From: Candidatus Adlerbacteria bacterium
Lineage (GTDB): Bacteria > Patescibacteriota > Minisyncoccia > Phycocordibacterales > SBAW01
Direction: 5' to 3'
DNA length: 64,000 nt
Assembly (NCBI GenBank): GCA_963749085.1
Contig: CAVVLG010000002.1
Coordinates: forward strand, 370,085 to 434,084
Position numbers and translations under genes: made by a program. This document shows positions 30,280 to 39,773 of this stretch, piece by piece (position 1 is the first letter of the stretch; each line of letters opens with the position of its first letter). Below the pieces are notes generated by a model that worked only from the letters and a program-made list of their open reading frames with translations, was not told where the DNA came from and searched no databases.

Positions 30280-31299
30280 TCTTCGTGCGCCAAAAATCTC
30301 CGCGAGTTTTTCCGCCAAAAGCTTAAGTGAATGCTCGCGCTCCACGTACGCTCGACATGATTCCGAGAGTTCGGCGCGCTCTTTGACATTCATCGCGATT
30401 GCCGCTTGGAGGCCGCGTGCCACGGCTGCCGACTCTAGAGAAACTATAAATTCAGAAGGTAGAACGTCCAGCAATCCGCTATTGGCACACACTATTGTGC
30501 ACCCACTCGCCATTGCTTCAAATATTGTCTTGTCAAAGCTCCCCGAAGGGGTGAGGTTGACATAAATTGCATGAGCCCGATACAGATCGGGAGTTTCCAC
30601 ATTCGGCACCCCGGGAAGAAAAGAGGCACCCGAAAACCCCCGATAGCGATATGCAAGGGCTTCAGCATACTCCTCATTGCCGGGCGTTGGATCCCCATAG
30701 ATGTGCGCTTCATAGTTGACGCCGCGGCTTGAAAGTTGCTCGAGCGCCGCACAAAAGAGATCGGGTCTCTTTATCTCATCGAGCCTACCCAAAAAAAGCA
30801 GCGAGCCCGGCGTTGCTGGTGACTGGGGCGGCACAAAAAGTCGCGTATCAATACCCGCCGGCATCTTGACCCCATGGGTGAAACGGGCCGTGTAGGATTC
30901 CGGCGACACGTAACAGAGCGAGTTCGCGAGGCGGCAGGCAAGCGGCGTCATCCACGAGCCCGTCTTGAAATTGCGCCAGAGGACAATTTTTTTTCCGCAC
31001 AGCCGCCACCACCATCCGCCGAGCATGACGTACTCTTCGTTCATATGCACGAATACGGCATTGTAGCGCAGCGACCATATGTAGCGAAAGAAATAAAAAA
31101 CGTATTTAGATCGCGAGCGACCCCGTTCCTTGCCGAGCGAATATACCCGAACGTTTGCAGGCAATGTGTGCCTTCCCTCTTTGAGACAGACCACCGATAT
31201 CTCTGCAAACTGCGGGGCGAATGCTTCAAGCCATCCGTGGAAAAATCCGAGCACCGGATCGTCCACGTCGACCGCCTGTGTAAAGATAAGGAGATTCAT
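30280..31299 (-). CDS. Glycosyltransferase family 4 (CPR-type MNLLIFTQAVDVDDPVLGFFHGWLEAF N-terminus)
   Basis: ORF 29989..31419; probable start MNLLIF at 31299 (ATGA overlap with upstream gene stop); GT4 C-terminal motif FDKTIFEAMASGCTIVCAN; reads through without stop into next GT4. Confidence 0.7.
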
Positions 31300-32144
31300 A
31301 TTTCCTTGCCATAGACGCCACGAAGTAAACCGAGGTCTTTTTTGCTTTGCTTGAGCAATTCGATATTCTTCCGCTCCAGAGCCGCGAGCACCTCTTTGCC
31401 ACGAGCATCGCCCGGACACAGGGTGTCATAAAGTTCGCGAAATGCGGCAAAATCCTTAATGAAGCACCCGCCGCCTGCGCCTCGCCCGCTCTTGTGCACC
31501 GGTTTGCCGTAACGATTGGCCACGTACGGATCGTGATCCAGCGCCCCGCGCACCTGCTCCCAGTCAGCTCCGAGAGCCGCGGCGGCATCATAGAGTACGT
31601 TGGCGAGCAGGATCTGAACATAACCGTTGAGATTGTGCGAATATTTGATAAGTTCAGCTTCGGTGCTCGTGCATACCTGCACAAACGGCGCCTTGGGCAA
31701 TACCTCGCTTACTGTATTCGCGGCCACCCGGTGTATTGCGTCAGAGACGGGGAGTCCGAATATATTGGAGAAAGGATGCGCCGCATCGTGGGCGGCGCTC
31801 GCTTCACTGAGGAACTCGGGGGAGTACAGCAACACAATATTCGGATGTTCCTTCTGAAGTCGTTCAGTCGTACCCGGCAGCATAGTCGACTTCAAGACCG
31901 CAATTTTGCTTCTGCCGATTAATGACAAGACACTCTCCACGATGCCCACATCAAAGCCTCGTAGCGTTGTTGGAGTCGGTACTGCGATGAAGACGATGTC
32001 GCACTCCTTTATTTTTTTCTTATTCGCCACATAAGGCTGCTCGAGCGCGTACCGCACGACTGAAAAACCGCGCCGCTCAAAATCGTCGGCGTAGTTCTTG
32101 CCTATCCAACCCTGTCCGATGAAACCTATACGTTGCATAATCAT
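31296..32144 (-). CDS. Nucleotide-sugar dehydrogenase-like protein (UDP-glucose/GDP-mannose dehydrogenase family), short form lacking C-terminal UDP-binding domain
   Basis: ORF 31296..32264; Rossmann MQRIGFIGQGWIGKNYA, catalytic-Cys motif GGGCFIKD (cf. GGSCFPKD); likely start MIMQRIGF at 32144 (ATGA overlap). Confidence 0.5.
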   Translation of the reverse strand: MIMQRIGFIGQGWIGKNYADDFERRGFSVVRYALEQPYVANKKKIKECDIVFIAVPTPTTLRGFDVGIVESVLSLIGRSKIAVLKSTMLPGTTERLQKEHPNIVLLYSPEFLSEASAAHDAAHPFSNIFGLPVSDAIHRVAANTVSEVLPKAPFVQVCTSTEAELIKYSHNLNGYVQILLANVLYDAAAALGADWEQVRGALDHDPYVANRYGKPVHKSGRGAGGGCFIKDFAAFRELYDTLCPGDARGKEVLAALERKNIELLKQSKKDLGLLRGVYGKEI

Positions 32145-33226
32145 AATAGTGTATTTTGCCCAATGCGCGCGGTATATAATTCTTGTATGTGCTCCATGTA
32201 TTCTCCCTCGTTTACGTAAGACTGCAGCTTCAGAATCCCGGGTTGGCGTGGTCCTTTGAGCCACAAGATAAGCGCTTCTGCATATTTATCTTGATCATCG
32301 CTTGCAATGAACGCGCCCGCCTCCCGCGCTATGCCAACATCGGTGGAAAGCACCGGCACTCGTGCGGCAAGCGCTTCGATGATGACCATGCCGTATCCTT
32401 CGAAAATCGAGGTGACGAGCAAAAGATCCGCCTGAGTATAATAAGGGACAGGATTGGACACGGCGCCCGTAAACTCAACCCATTCCCCAACCCCCTCGCA
32501 ACTGGCCTTCTCCTTGAGTGCTTTGAGAAGGTGCCCTCCGCCAACAAACGTGAGTCCGACCGCATATCCTTCCCGCCGCGCGGCGATGAACGCACCAAGC
32601 GCAAGCTCGGGATTCTTCTCCTTTTCCATGCGTCCCACCCACAGAAGCGAAGTTGTAAATCGCGGATGCTTCCTGTGGGTGATAACGCTAAAGCGCTGCG
32701 TATCAACGTAGATGGGCAGAACGCCAAGCGGCACGGTCAGGCGATAACGTTTCAACACTTTCTCTCTAAGAATATTCGACACAGTATAGCCGCCTTGTGC
32801 GTGGCGCAGCACGAATCCCGCGATAAGCACACGCAGCCGGTTGAGGAGCGAGTGTCGGACGAAAGATGGCGAAAGGAAATCGGTATGCATTTCAATCATG
32901 AGCGGTACCCGCCAGTAGCGGGCAATGAGAAGCGCCACGAGACCCGTCTCGAATGGATCTTGCGCCGAAACTGCGTCGGGGCGCGGCAGATGCCGCACGA
33001 TGCGAAGAGCATCCAAACCGTAGAGAAGTCTTGAGCGGGAATTGGTCGGATAGGCATGGACGCCTGGCGCAAGCTCCTGCGCTCCCGTGGCGCCATATGC
33101 GCGCACCGCAAAGACTATGGAATCAAGCCCTTCGGTATACCCCTGACCAAAGCGCGCGATGCGTGCGCGCACGGCGCTCCCAGGCGTAAAGATAGTCCGG
33201 TCAGTGCCGATAAGCATCAGGCGCAT
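32141..33226 (-). CDS. Glycosyltransferase family 4
   Basis: ORF 32141..33319; MRLMLIGTD...; LLLVTSIFEGYGMVIIEALAARVPVLSTDVG. Confidence 0.8.
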   Translation of the reverse strand: MRLMLIGTDRTIFTPGSAVRARIARFGQGYTEGLDSIVFAVRAYGATGAQELAPGVHAYPTNSRSRLLYGLDALRIVRHLPRPDAVSAQDPFETGLVALLIARYWRVPLMIEMHTDFLSPSFVRHSLLNRLRVLIAGFVLRHAQGGYTVSNILREKVLKRYRLTVPLGVLPIYVDTQRFSVITHRKHPRFTTSLLWVGRMEKEKNPELALGAFIAARREGYAVGLTFVGGGHLLKALKEKASCEGVGEWVEFTGAVSNPVPYYTQADLLLVTSIFEGYGMVIIEALAARVPVLSTDVGIAREAGAFIASDDQDKYAEALILWLKGPRQPGILKLQSYVNEGEYMEHIQELYTARIGQNTLL

Positions 33227-34302
33227 ACTTGTTTGAGGACATCCGCAAAAGCAGACATCGCTACAGCGGTTGAAAATTGTTCTGCCTTGCGTTGTGCAGC
33301 CTGGACTCGCCCGTGCCATAGCTCCGGATCGCTCTGTATGCTTGCTATCGCTTCCCTAAAAGCAGCCTTGTCGTCGGGCGCGCATAATACTCCCTCGACT
33401 CTATTGGTGATAAGTTCCGGGACACTTCCCGCCGTCGTGGCTAGCACGGGCACTCCCGCCATCATGGCCTCAACTATTTGAAATGAGAAACTTTCAAAAG
33501 AGGTGTTGAGCACAAATGCGTCGGCAGCCTTACACCATCCCAGTACCTGTGGGCGCGAAAGAGATCCGGTGAAAAGAACTTTGTTTTGAAGCCCTAATTC
33601 CCGCGCGCGTCGCTCCAGAAATTGCCTCAGCGGCCCATTGCCGATTATGACCAGGCGCCACTCGGGCAACGAAGGGAGGAGTTCGATGAGCATACCGAAG
33701 CCTTTCCAAGGTACGAGCCTTCCGCTAGACACCATGACGTTTCCCTCCGGAATATTCTTTGGTAATTCAATGGAAATTGGCATCTGAATTCCGAGGTAAA
33801 CACAACGTATTCGGGTAGAATCTATACCCCAGTGGCTAGCCACGCTCTCAAAATAATGGCTGGGGACCAACACAAAAGCTGCTGAATGAACAACGAAGCG
33901 CTGCACGCGGCGCAATACTTCGACCTGCCAGGCATAGGTTCGGACTTGGAAATCATCAAGGGAGTCTAAGACACCAAAACGTTGCTTCCCTTGCTCCCAT
34001 GCGTAATCTCCCGGTACCCGAACGATGAGCGGCGTACCACTCAATCTGGCGGCAAACGCAGCGGGCAAACCAACTGATACTGTATCCATGGCGACAATAA
34101 CATCGCAGTGAAATGCATGCACAAAGAGGAGAGAAAAATAACCGAGATGACGAATACCGGGTGGAAAACGACGAACCCTCCTGAAGGGAACAACCTCAAC
34201 CGAGATCCCGAGGGTGGGCAATATCTCCTTCATGCACTCCGCATCCGTTGCTGGGCCGCCGCTCTCCGGAGGATAGAGCCCGGCTGCTATCAGAATCTTC
34301 AT
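33217..34302 (-). CDS. Glycosyltransferase family 4
   Basis: 361 aa; MKILIAAGLYPPESGGPA...; VLNTSFESFSFQIVEAMMAGVPVLAT. Confidence 0.8.
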   Translation of the reverse strand: MKILIAAGLYPPESGGPATDAECMKEILPTLGISVEVVPFRRVRRFPPGIRHLGYFSLLFVHAFHCDVIVAMDTVSVGLPAAFAARLSGTPLIVRVPGDYAWEQGKQRFGVLDSLDDFQVRTYAWQVEVLRRVQRFVVHSAAFVLVPSHYFESVASHWGIDSTRIRCVYLGIQMPISIELPKNIPEGNVMVSSGRLVPWKGFGMLIELLPSLPEWRLVIIGNGPLRQFLERRARELGLQNKVLFTGSLSRPQVLGWCKAADAFVLNTSFESFSFQIVEAMMAGVPVLATTAGSVPELITNRVEGVLCAPDDKAAFREAIASIQSDPELWHGRVQAAQRKAEQFSTAVAMSAFADVLKQVCA

Positions 34303-34311
34303 GGTTGTATT

Positions 34312-35478
34312 TTAGCTTGTTTGGAGGACCGCGCCGAACACTGCGCGGCGCATATTGTGAGCGATAATATTCCAGTCGTATTTTTCAAGCACGAGCCTCC
34401 GGGCATGTTCTATAACCTTTTTTGTCGCTTCGGGGTTTCGGACGATTTCCTCGACTGTCTCGGCAATCTGTGCGGGAGAGTTCTTGTCGACTGCAAAACC
34501 GGTCGGCTCCTTGCCGGAGTTTCTCTTGGCGTCAAAAAGGAAATCAACGATACCTCCCTCCTGAGTGCCTATGACCGGCACGCCGGCAGCCATCGCCTCG
34601 ACGAAGGCATTACCCATACCCTCCGAGCGGCTCGGTCGCACAAAAATATTCGAAATGGCGAGGTACGCAGGCATCTCTTCGTGAGATAGGTGCCCTAAAA
34701 ATTGCACGCGCTGTGCGACTGCACACTCCTTAGCAAGCCTCTTCAATTTCCCTTCTTCAAAACCTACTCCAAGGATGAGAAAATGAACACTCGCCGGCAA
34801 CAAGGGAAGCGCTTGTATCACATCGTCAATGGCGTTCTTGGGTACCAGCCTTGAGGTGGTTATGAGCACTGTCTCGTCTTCGTGAATCTTCAGCCTTTTG
34901 CGAATTGAAGACGAAGCGTCACCGGAAGGCGTAAAAAAACGTTGTATATCAACGCCGTTTGGGATTATCTCAAGCGGCCCTGTAAATCCCTGCTCGCGGG
35001 CCCACCCTCCTAAATACGTTGATATCGCCTGTATGACACTTGCATGTCGAAATCCGGAATGCAGGAGAGGAGAAAACAACCTGATATGCCAGCGTTCAAA
35101 TACGTGTTCGAAGGGATCGCCTTCCTGAAGAGTGAGAATATATGGCACGCGTACCCCTAGGCCTCTCAGCAATACGATAGGCAGCGTCATGTACGACATC
35201 ATTGCCCACAGCGCATCAAAGCGGCGCGCATCGAGCTTGAGCGCCATGCGCACCGCACGGGGAATAAACAATATTTTCGATAGGTAGGAAACGCGGCCGC
35301 CGACGCGATGGACTAGAATATTTCCTATCCTCTCTTCCCGCGGCTCGGAGGGAGAGAACCGCATTGTTATCATATGGAATTCGATATCCGCAATGCGGTC
35401 GGTGATCTCTTTTATGGCAACCTCCGCTCCCCCCACGTGCGGATAATACGCGAGGGAAAAAATAAGTATGCGCTTCAT
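34312..35478 (-). CDS. Glycosyltransferase family 4
   Basis: 388 aa; MKRILIFSLAYYPHVGGAEVAIKEI; IFVRPSRSEGMGNAFVEAMAAGVPVIGT. Confidence 0.8.
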   Translation of the reverse strand: MKRILIFSLAYYPHVGGAEVAIKEITDRIADIEFHMITMRFSPSEPREERIGNILVHRVGGRVSYLSKILFIPRAVRMALKLDARRFDALWAMMSYMTLPIVLLRGLGVRVPYILTLQEGDPFEHVFERWHIRLFSPLLHSGFRHASVIQAISTYLGGWAREQGFTGPLEIIPNGVDIQRFFTPSGDASSSIRKRLKIHEDETVLITTSRLVPKNAIDDVIQALPLLPASVHFLILGVGFEEGKLKRLAKECAVAQRVQFLGHLSHEEMPAYLAISNIFVRPSRSEGMGNAFVEAMAAGVPVIGTQEGGIVDFLFDAKRNSGKEPTGFAVDKNSPAQIAETVEEIVRNPEATKKVIEHARRLVLEKYDWNIIAHNMRRAVFGAVLQTS

Positions 35479-35493
35479 GCGTTTGAAGAGAGA

Positions 35494-37260
35494 TTACGGC
35501 TGCCCAAGGTCATCGACTGCCAGCATAGACCGGACTTCTTCCGGAGGCAACGCATCGCTGTCTGGTCGAGGCTTCGACATCTCGGCCTTTGGTGCCACCG
35601 TATGAAGCGTCTCCTTCAGAGACGGGGATTGTCTGGTGACTTGCGCAAGCGCTTCGCGCAAACTTTTAGCGCCTGAGAGATCTGGGCGCGCGGGAGCGGG
35701 ACGCACCGGAGTCGGTGTGTGCGTAGGACGCGGCTGTGGAGTTGGTTCGTTCTCCGCTTTGCTTGCCGCCATACGGTGTTCATAGGCCACACGCTCACCC
35801 ACTAGCTTGGCTTCCGTGTGGCGGATATCGCTCTGGAGCGGGGTATGCGGCACAGATGCCGACCGTGGCGCGGAGGATTCTAAGCTGCGCACCGGAGAAC
35901 TCTTTGGGTATTCTCCTGTTTTGGGAGGGGTAGGAAAGCGTTTGGGCTTGGACGCCTCCGGCACGGGATCGCTTTCATGCCATTTTTTTATCGCTTCTTC
36001 GACTTCGGAACGCGGTTTACCGTAGGTCGCGCGCGAATCTGCAAGCGTCTTTGCAGTCAAGTTGAGCGGTGGCGGATCAAAGGGCGCCAGCGTCGTTGCC
36101 GAGAACGGAGGCGACCCCACCCCGTCTATCATAAGTGTGAGATATATTTGTTTGAACCCGAGATTGACCAAATCGGTTGCCTCAAAGACTGGACTGAATA
36201 CCGTTTCAAGCACTTCGGCATCAAATGGCCCCACACGGAATGCGATAGTCGTCCCCACGTTGCCAAACACGGCATCGCGCACCTCCTCCTCCATTTGCTC
36301 TATGTACTGATGCGCGATGATGAGGTTCAGTTTGTACTTGCGCGCTTCGGAGAGAATGTCCGCGAAGCTCTGGTTGGCAAAGGTTTGGAATTCGTCCACG
36401 TATAAATAGAAGGAGGGCAGGCCTCTGAGCGCCTGCGCCGATGTGTCGGCGCGCGACATCGCCGCCAAATAAATTTTGGTGACCAGCATGGAACCAAGCA
36501 GGGTTGCATTGACCTCCCCCATCCTTCCCTTGGACAGGTTGATGATGAGTATTTTTCGCTCATCCATCATTTTGCGGATGTCGAACGATGATGTTGGCTG
36601 TCCCACGATGTTGCGGATAAGGGGGTTTGAGGTGAACTGCCCCACCTTGTTTTGGATAGCTGGTGTGGCATCTTGGGTGTAGCGGTCGGTATAGTTAGCG
36701 AACTCGTCGACCCAGAAGCTCTTTACTATGGGGTCGGTGACGTTCTCCACGACTTTCCGGCGGAACGCTTTATTGATAAGCATGCGGTTAATATCGAGCA
36801 TCGTGGCACCCTCGTATTCCAGAAGCGCCAGCAGCGTGTTGGAGAGTATGTACTCCATGCGCGCACTCCATGCGTCCACCCATATCTTGCGGAACGCCGA
36901 GAGAAGCCCCGAGACGACCAGGTGACGTTTGTCGTAGCCGACATCCTCCATGACGTTAAATGCTACGGGGTAGTCCATATCGAACGGCGCAAAATACAGC
37001 ACATCTTTGACGCGGTGTTCGGGCACATATTCCAAAATGCGCTCCGCAGTAGAGCCGTGCGGATCGATGAACGCCATACCTTCGCCATTACGGATATCTT
37101 GAATGGCCATGTTCTCAAGCAGGGTGGACTTACCCATACCGGTCTTGCCGATGATATACATATGACGCTCGCGGTCGCGCCGCTTTATACCAAAGGGCGT
37201 TTGCGTCCCGCGGGAATTGGTATGCGCAAAATACGTTATTTTATTGAGGTCTTCAATCAC
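35494..37260 (-). CDS. VirD4/TraG/TraD-like (type IV secretion coupling protein family) P-loop ATPase with long Pro-rich disordered C-terminal tail
   Basis: 588 aa; Walker A YIIGKTGMGKSTLLENM, FIDPHGS, Walker B/Q region ARKYKLNLIIAHQYIEQM; C-terminal ~170 aa low-complexity P/S/T/A-rich. Confidence 0.5.
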   Translation of the reverse strand: MIEDLNKITYFAHTNSRGTQTPFGIKRRDRERHMYIIGKTGMGKSTLLENMAIQDIRNGEGMAFIDPHGSTAERILEYVPEHRVKDVLYFAPFDMDYPVAFNVMEDVGYDKRHLVVSGLLSAFRKIWVDAWSARMEYILSNTLLALLEYEGATMLDINRMLINKAFRRKVVENVTDPIVKSFWVDEFANYTDRYTQDATPAIQNKVGQFTSNPLIRNIVGQPTSSFDIRKMMDERKILIINLSKGRMGEVNATLLGSMLVTKIYLAAMSRADTSAQALRGLPSFYLYVDEFQTFANQSFADILSEARKYKLNLIIAHQYIEQMEEEVRDAVFGNVGTTIAFRVGPFDAEVLETVFSPVFEATDLVNLGFKQIYLTLMIDGVGSPPFSATTLAPFDPPPLNLTAKTLADSRATYGKPRSEVEEAIKKWHESDPVPEASKPKRFPTPPKTGEYPKSSPVRSLESSAPRSASVPHTPLQSDIRHTEAKLVGERVAYEHRMAASKAENEPTPQPRPTHTPTPVRPAPARPDLSGAKSLREALAQVTRQSPSLKETLHTVAPKAEMSKPRPDSDALPPEEVRSMLAVDDLGQP

Positions 37261-37287
37261 CCCCGTAGTATACCAATTTTCGAGTTC

Positions 37288-37536
37288 CTAATTGAGGGAA
37301 GAGATGCCGTTGTGTTCCGAATGAACCGGTGCTACTGGAGCGGAATTCTCGACGAAGGAGGAATGGCTTGAGCCGCGGCTGAGTACCTCGGCGCGCAAAA
37401 GAAAACCCAGGCCCATGAGCCCCAAACCGCTCGCCACTAAGAGCACATCCCGCCAGCTCCCCGGAACGCCGAGGAGATTGGTGGCGATAACAATATTGAG
37501 AAGCCCTAGAAGTATGACGCCCATCTCTTTTGACAT
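37288..37536 (-). CDS. Small hypothetical membrane protein
   Basis: 82 aa, two hydrophobic helices (VILLGLLNIVIATNLLGV, LLVASGLGLMGLGFLL). Confidence 0.35.
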   Translation of the reverse strand: MSKEMGVILLGLLNIVIATNLLGVPGSWRDVLLVASGLGLMGLGFLLRAEVLSRGSSHSSFVENSAPVAPVHSEHNGISSLN

Positions 37537-37554
37537 GGGCCTATGATAACGCGA

Positions 37555-38235
37555 TCATTCCCTTTCAACAATGACGACGAATTCGCCGCGCCGCTTGTCG
37601 GGATGGTTGCTGAAATAGTCGAGAACTTCGCTGGATGAACCTATAACGGACTCCTCGTGTAGCTTAGTAAGTTCCCTAAAGAGACCCATACGCCGGTCAG
37701 GTGCGGCATTGGAAAGGGCCTCGAGAGCCTTCATGATACGGTGCGGGGATTCATAAAAAATACTTGCTCGTTTATCGTTGGCAATCTGTAAAAAGAGTTT
37801 TTCCCTTCCCTTTTTCTGTGGCGGAAATCCATAAAAGACAAAAGACGGCGCGCGCAAACCGGCGATTGAAATCGCGGCGGCAAGAGCTGAGGGGCCCGGA
37901 ATCGCTTCTGTTTTTACTTTTGGTACTTTTTCTCGAACGACAGACACGAGCTCAAGCCCCGGATCCGAGATGCCCGGCGTACCGGCATCTGAGACAAACG
38001 CGATATGCTTACCTTGTTCAAGCAAGGAAATAATTTTGTCGAAACCTTTCTCACCACTGTTGGCATGAAAAGAAATAGTTGGGGTATGTATGTTGAAATG
38101 CGCCAGCAATTTCTTGGTAACGCGCGTATCTTCGCAAGCAATAACGTCTGCTTCTTTGAGTGTGCGTAGAGCCCGTAAGGTTATGTCTTCAAGATTGCCA
38201 ATGGGCGTGGCGATGATTGAGAGACTGGCTGGCAT
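37555..38235 (-). CDS. rsmI: 16S rRNA (cytidine1402-2'-O)-methyltransferase RsmI
   Basis: ORF 37555..38268; LSIIATPIGNLEDITLRALRTLKEADVIACEDTR, tetrapyrrole-methylase fold; start MPASLSII at 38235. Confidence 0.85.
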   Translation of the reverse strand: MPASLSIIATPIGNLEDITLRALRTLKEADVIACEDTRVTKKLLAHFNIHTPTISFHANSGEKGFDKIISLLEQGKHIAFVSDAGTPGISDPGLELVSVVREKVPKVKTEAIPGPSALAAAISIAGLRAPSFVFYGFPPQKKGREKLFLQIANDKRASIFYESPHRIMKALEALSNAAPDRRMGLFRELTKLHEESVIGSSSEVLDYFSNHPDKRRGEFVVIVERE

Positions 38236-38366
38236 CGCCGCACTGTAGCATATTTTGACACAGAACAAAGAATGGGATACTTTTCACAGCGCTATGGTAA
38301 ACCCGAACCGGGGTCCGCGTAGGACACCGGTTTTTTCTTCTTGCCCACGAGTGTTACATTGAATGG

Positions 38367-39767
38367 ATGCAGTGGAAAAAAGCCCATTTTATAGGCATCG
38401 GTGGCGTTGGTATGTCAGCGACCGCCAAACTGCTCAGAGACAGCGGTGTTGAAGTGAGCGGCTCGGATGAAGCAGTATATCCGCCAATTTCCAATTTTTT
38501 AACTCGAGAACATGTATCCTATGCCACACCTTATAAAGCGACGAATGTTCCCATGGATGCCGATCTTGTGGTTATCGGCAAAAATGCCAAGCTTGTTGCA
38601 GAGACGAATGAAGAGGTCGCTGCCGCATATGCTTCAGGTAAAACAATTCTCAGCTTCCCCGAAGTGCTTGCAGAACTTTCAAAGGGCAAAGAAAACATTG
38701 TGGTTGCGGGCAGCTACGGCAAGTCGACCTCTGCCGCGCTCTTGGCACATTGTCTTGAAGCATCGGGAAATCACCCATCTTACTTTATCGGTGCTTCACC
38801 CCTGCCACCTATGACCAGCGCAAAAATAGGCTCGGGAAATTTATTTGTGCTTGAGGGTGACGAATATCCATCATCCAACACCGATCCGCGAAGTAAATTT
38901 TTGCTGATGCATCCGACCCATGTGCTACTCACACCGCTCGCCCATGATCACGTCAACGCCTTCCCTACACCACAACAGTATATGCAACCATTCGCACAAC
39001 TCGTGTCGCTTCTGTCAGGCACGCTGGTCGCGTGCATTGAAAGCCCCATGAGTAGAGTATTTGTCGACTCTCTCGCACGACCGGTTGTGACCTATGGGGT
39101 GCACGAAGGAGATTTCCATGCCTACAACATCCTCTATGGCGAAACGACGACTTTTTCTTTAATCTCCGATGTGTTAGGAGCAATACCACTTGAGACAACC
39201 CAACTCGGCGAGCATAACGTACAAAACATCGTTGGCGTTGCCGCCATGCTTTTGACACTTAAGTTGAGTGATCCCAAGCAGTTAACAGCGGCGGTAAAAA
39301 ATTTCCGCGGTATCCAACGGCGCCTCGACCGCAAGTCTGAGAGAACCTTGATACCGATTTTTGAGGGTTTCGGCTCAAGCTATGAAAAATTAAGAAGCGC
39401 CATTGTCGCAATGAAACTCCACTTTCCCGACCGACACCTGCTGGTTCTATTTGAACCTAATACCATTGGTTGGAGAAGCCGGGCAGCGCTGTCGCACTAT
39501 GACGATGTATTTGCTGATGTCACAAAAGTGTATATTTTCAATCCGCCACATGACGGCAAGGAAACTCAGCTCTCAACAGACGAGATAGCGGAGCGCGTGA
39601 TACAAAGCGGAATCCCAGCGGTCGCGGTTAAGACCCCCGAACAGGTGCTCGCATTGTTCCGAAACGACCTAGAAGCCTCCAGCAGTGTACTGCTTTCCTC
39701 CTCGGGAGCTATGGGCGGTCTCGTGGAATCAATACCAAAATTAGCAGAGCAAAAATTTCCGAAATAA
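38367..39767 (+). CDS. Mur ligase family protein, MurC/Mpl-type (UDP-N-acetylmuramate:L-Ala or murein-tripeptide ligase)
   Basis: 466 aa; HFIGIGGVGMSATAKLL, SGSDEAVYPPIS (Mpl-like YPPxS), VAGSYGKSTSAALLAH P-loop. Confidence 0.8.
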   Translation: MQWKKAHFIGIGGVGMSATAKLLRDSGVEVSGSDEAVYPPISNFLTREHVSYATPYKATNVPMDADLVVIGKNAKLVAETNEEVAAAYASGKTILSFPEVLAELSKGKENIVVAGSYGKSTSAALLAHCLEASGNHPSYFIGASPLPPMTSAKIGSGNLFVLEGDEYPSSNTDPRSKFLLMHPTHVLLTPLAHDHVNAFPTPQQYMQPFAQLVSLLSGTLVACIESPMSRVFVDSLARPVVTYGVHEGDFHAYNILYGETTTFSLISDVLGAIPLETTQLGEHNVQNIVGVAAMLLTLKLSDPKQLTAAVKNFRGIQRRLDRKSERTLIPIFEGFGSSYEKLRSAIVAMKLHFPDRHLLVLFEPNTIGWRSRAALSHYDDVFADVTKVYIFNPPHDGKETQLSTDEIAERVIQSGIPAVAVKTPEQVLALFRNDLEASSSVLLSSSGAMGGLVESIPKLAEQKFPK

Positions 39768-39773
39768 TAGTGT

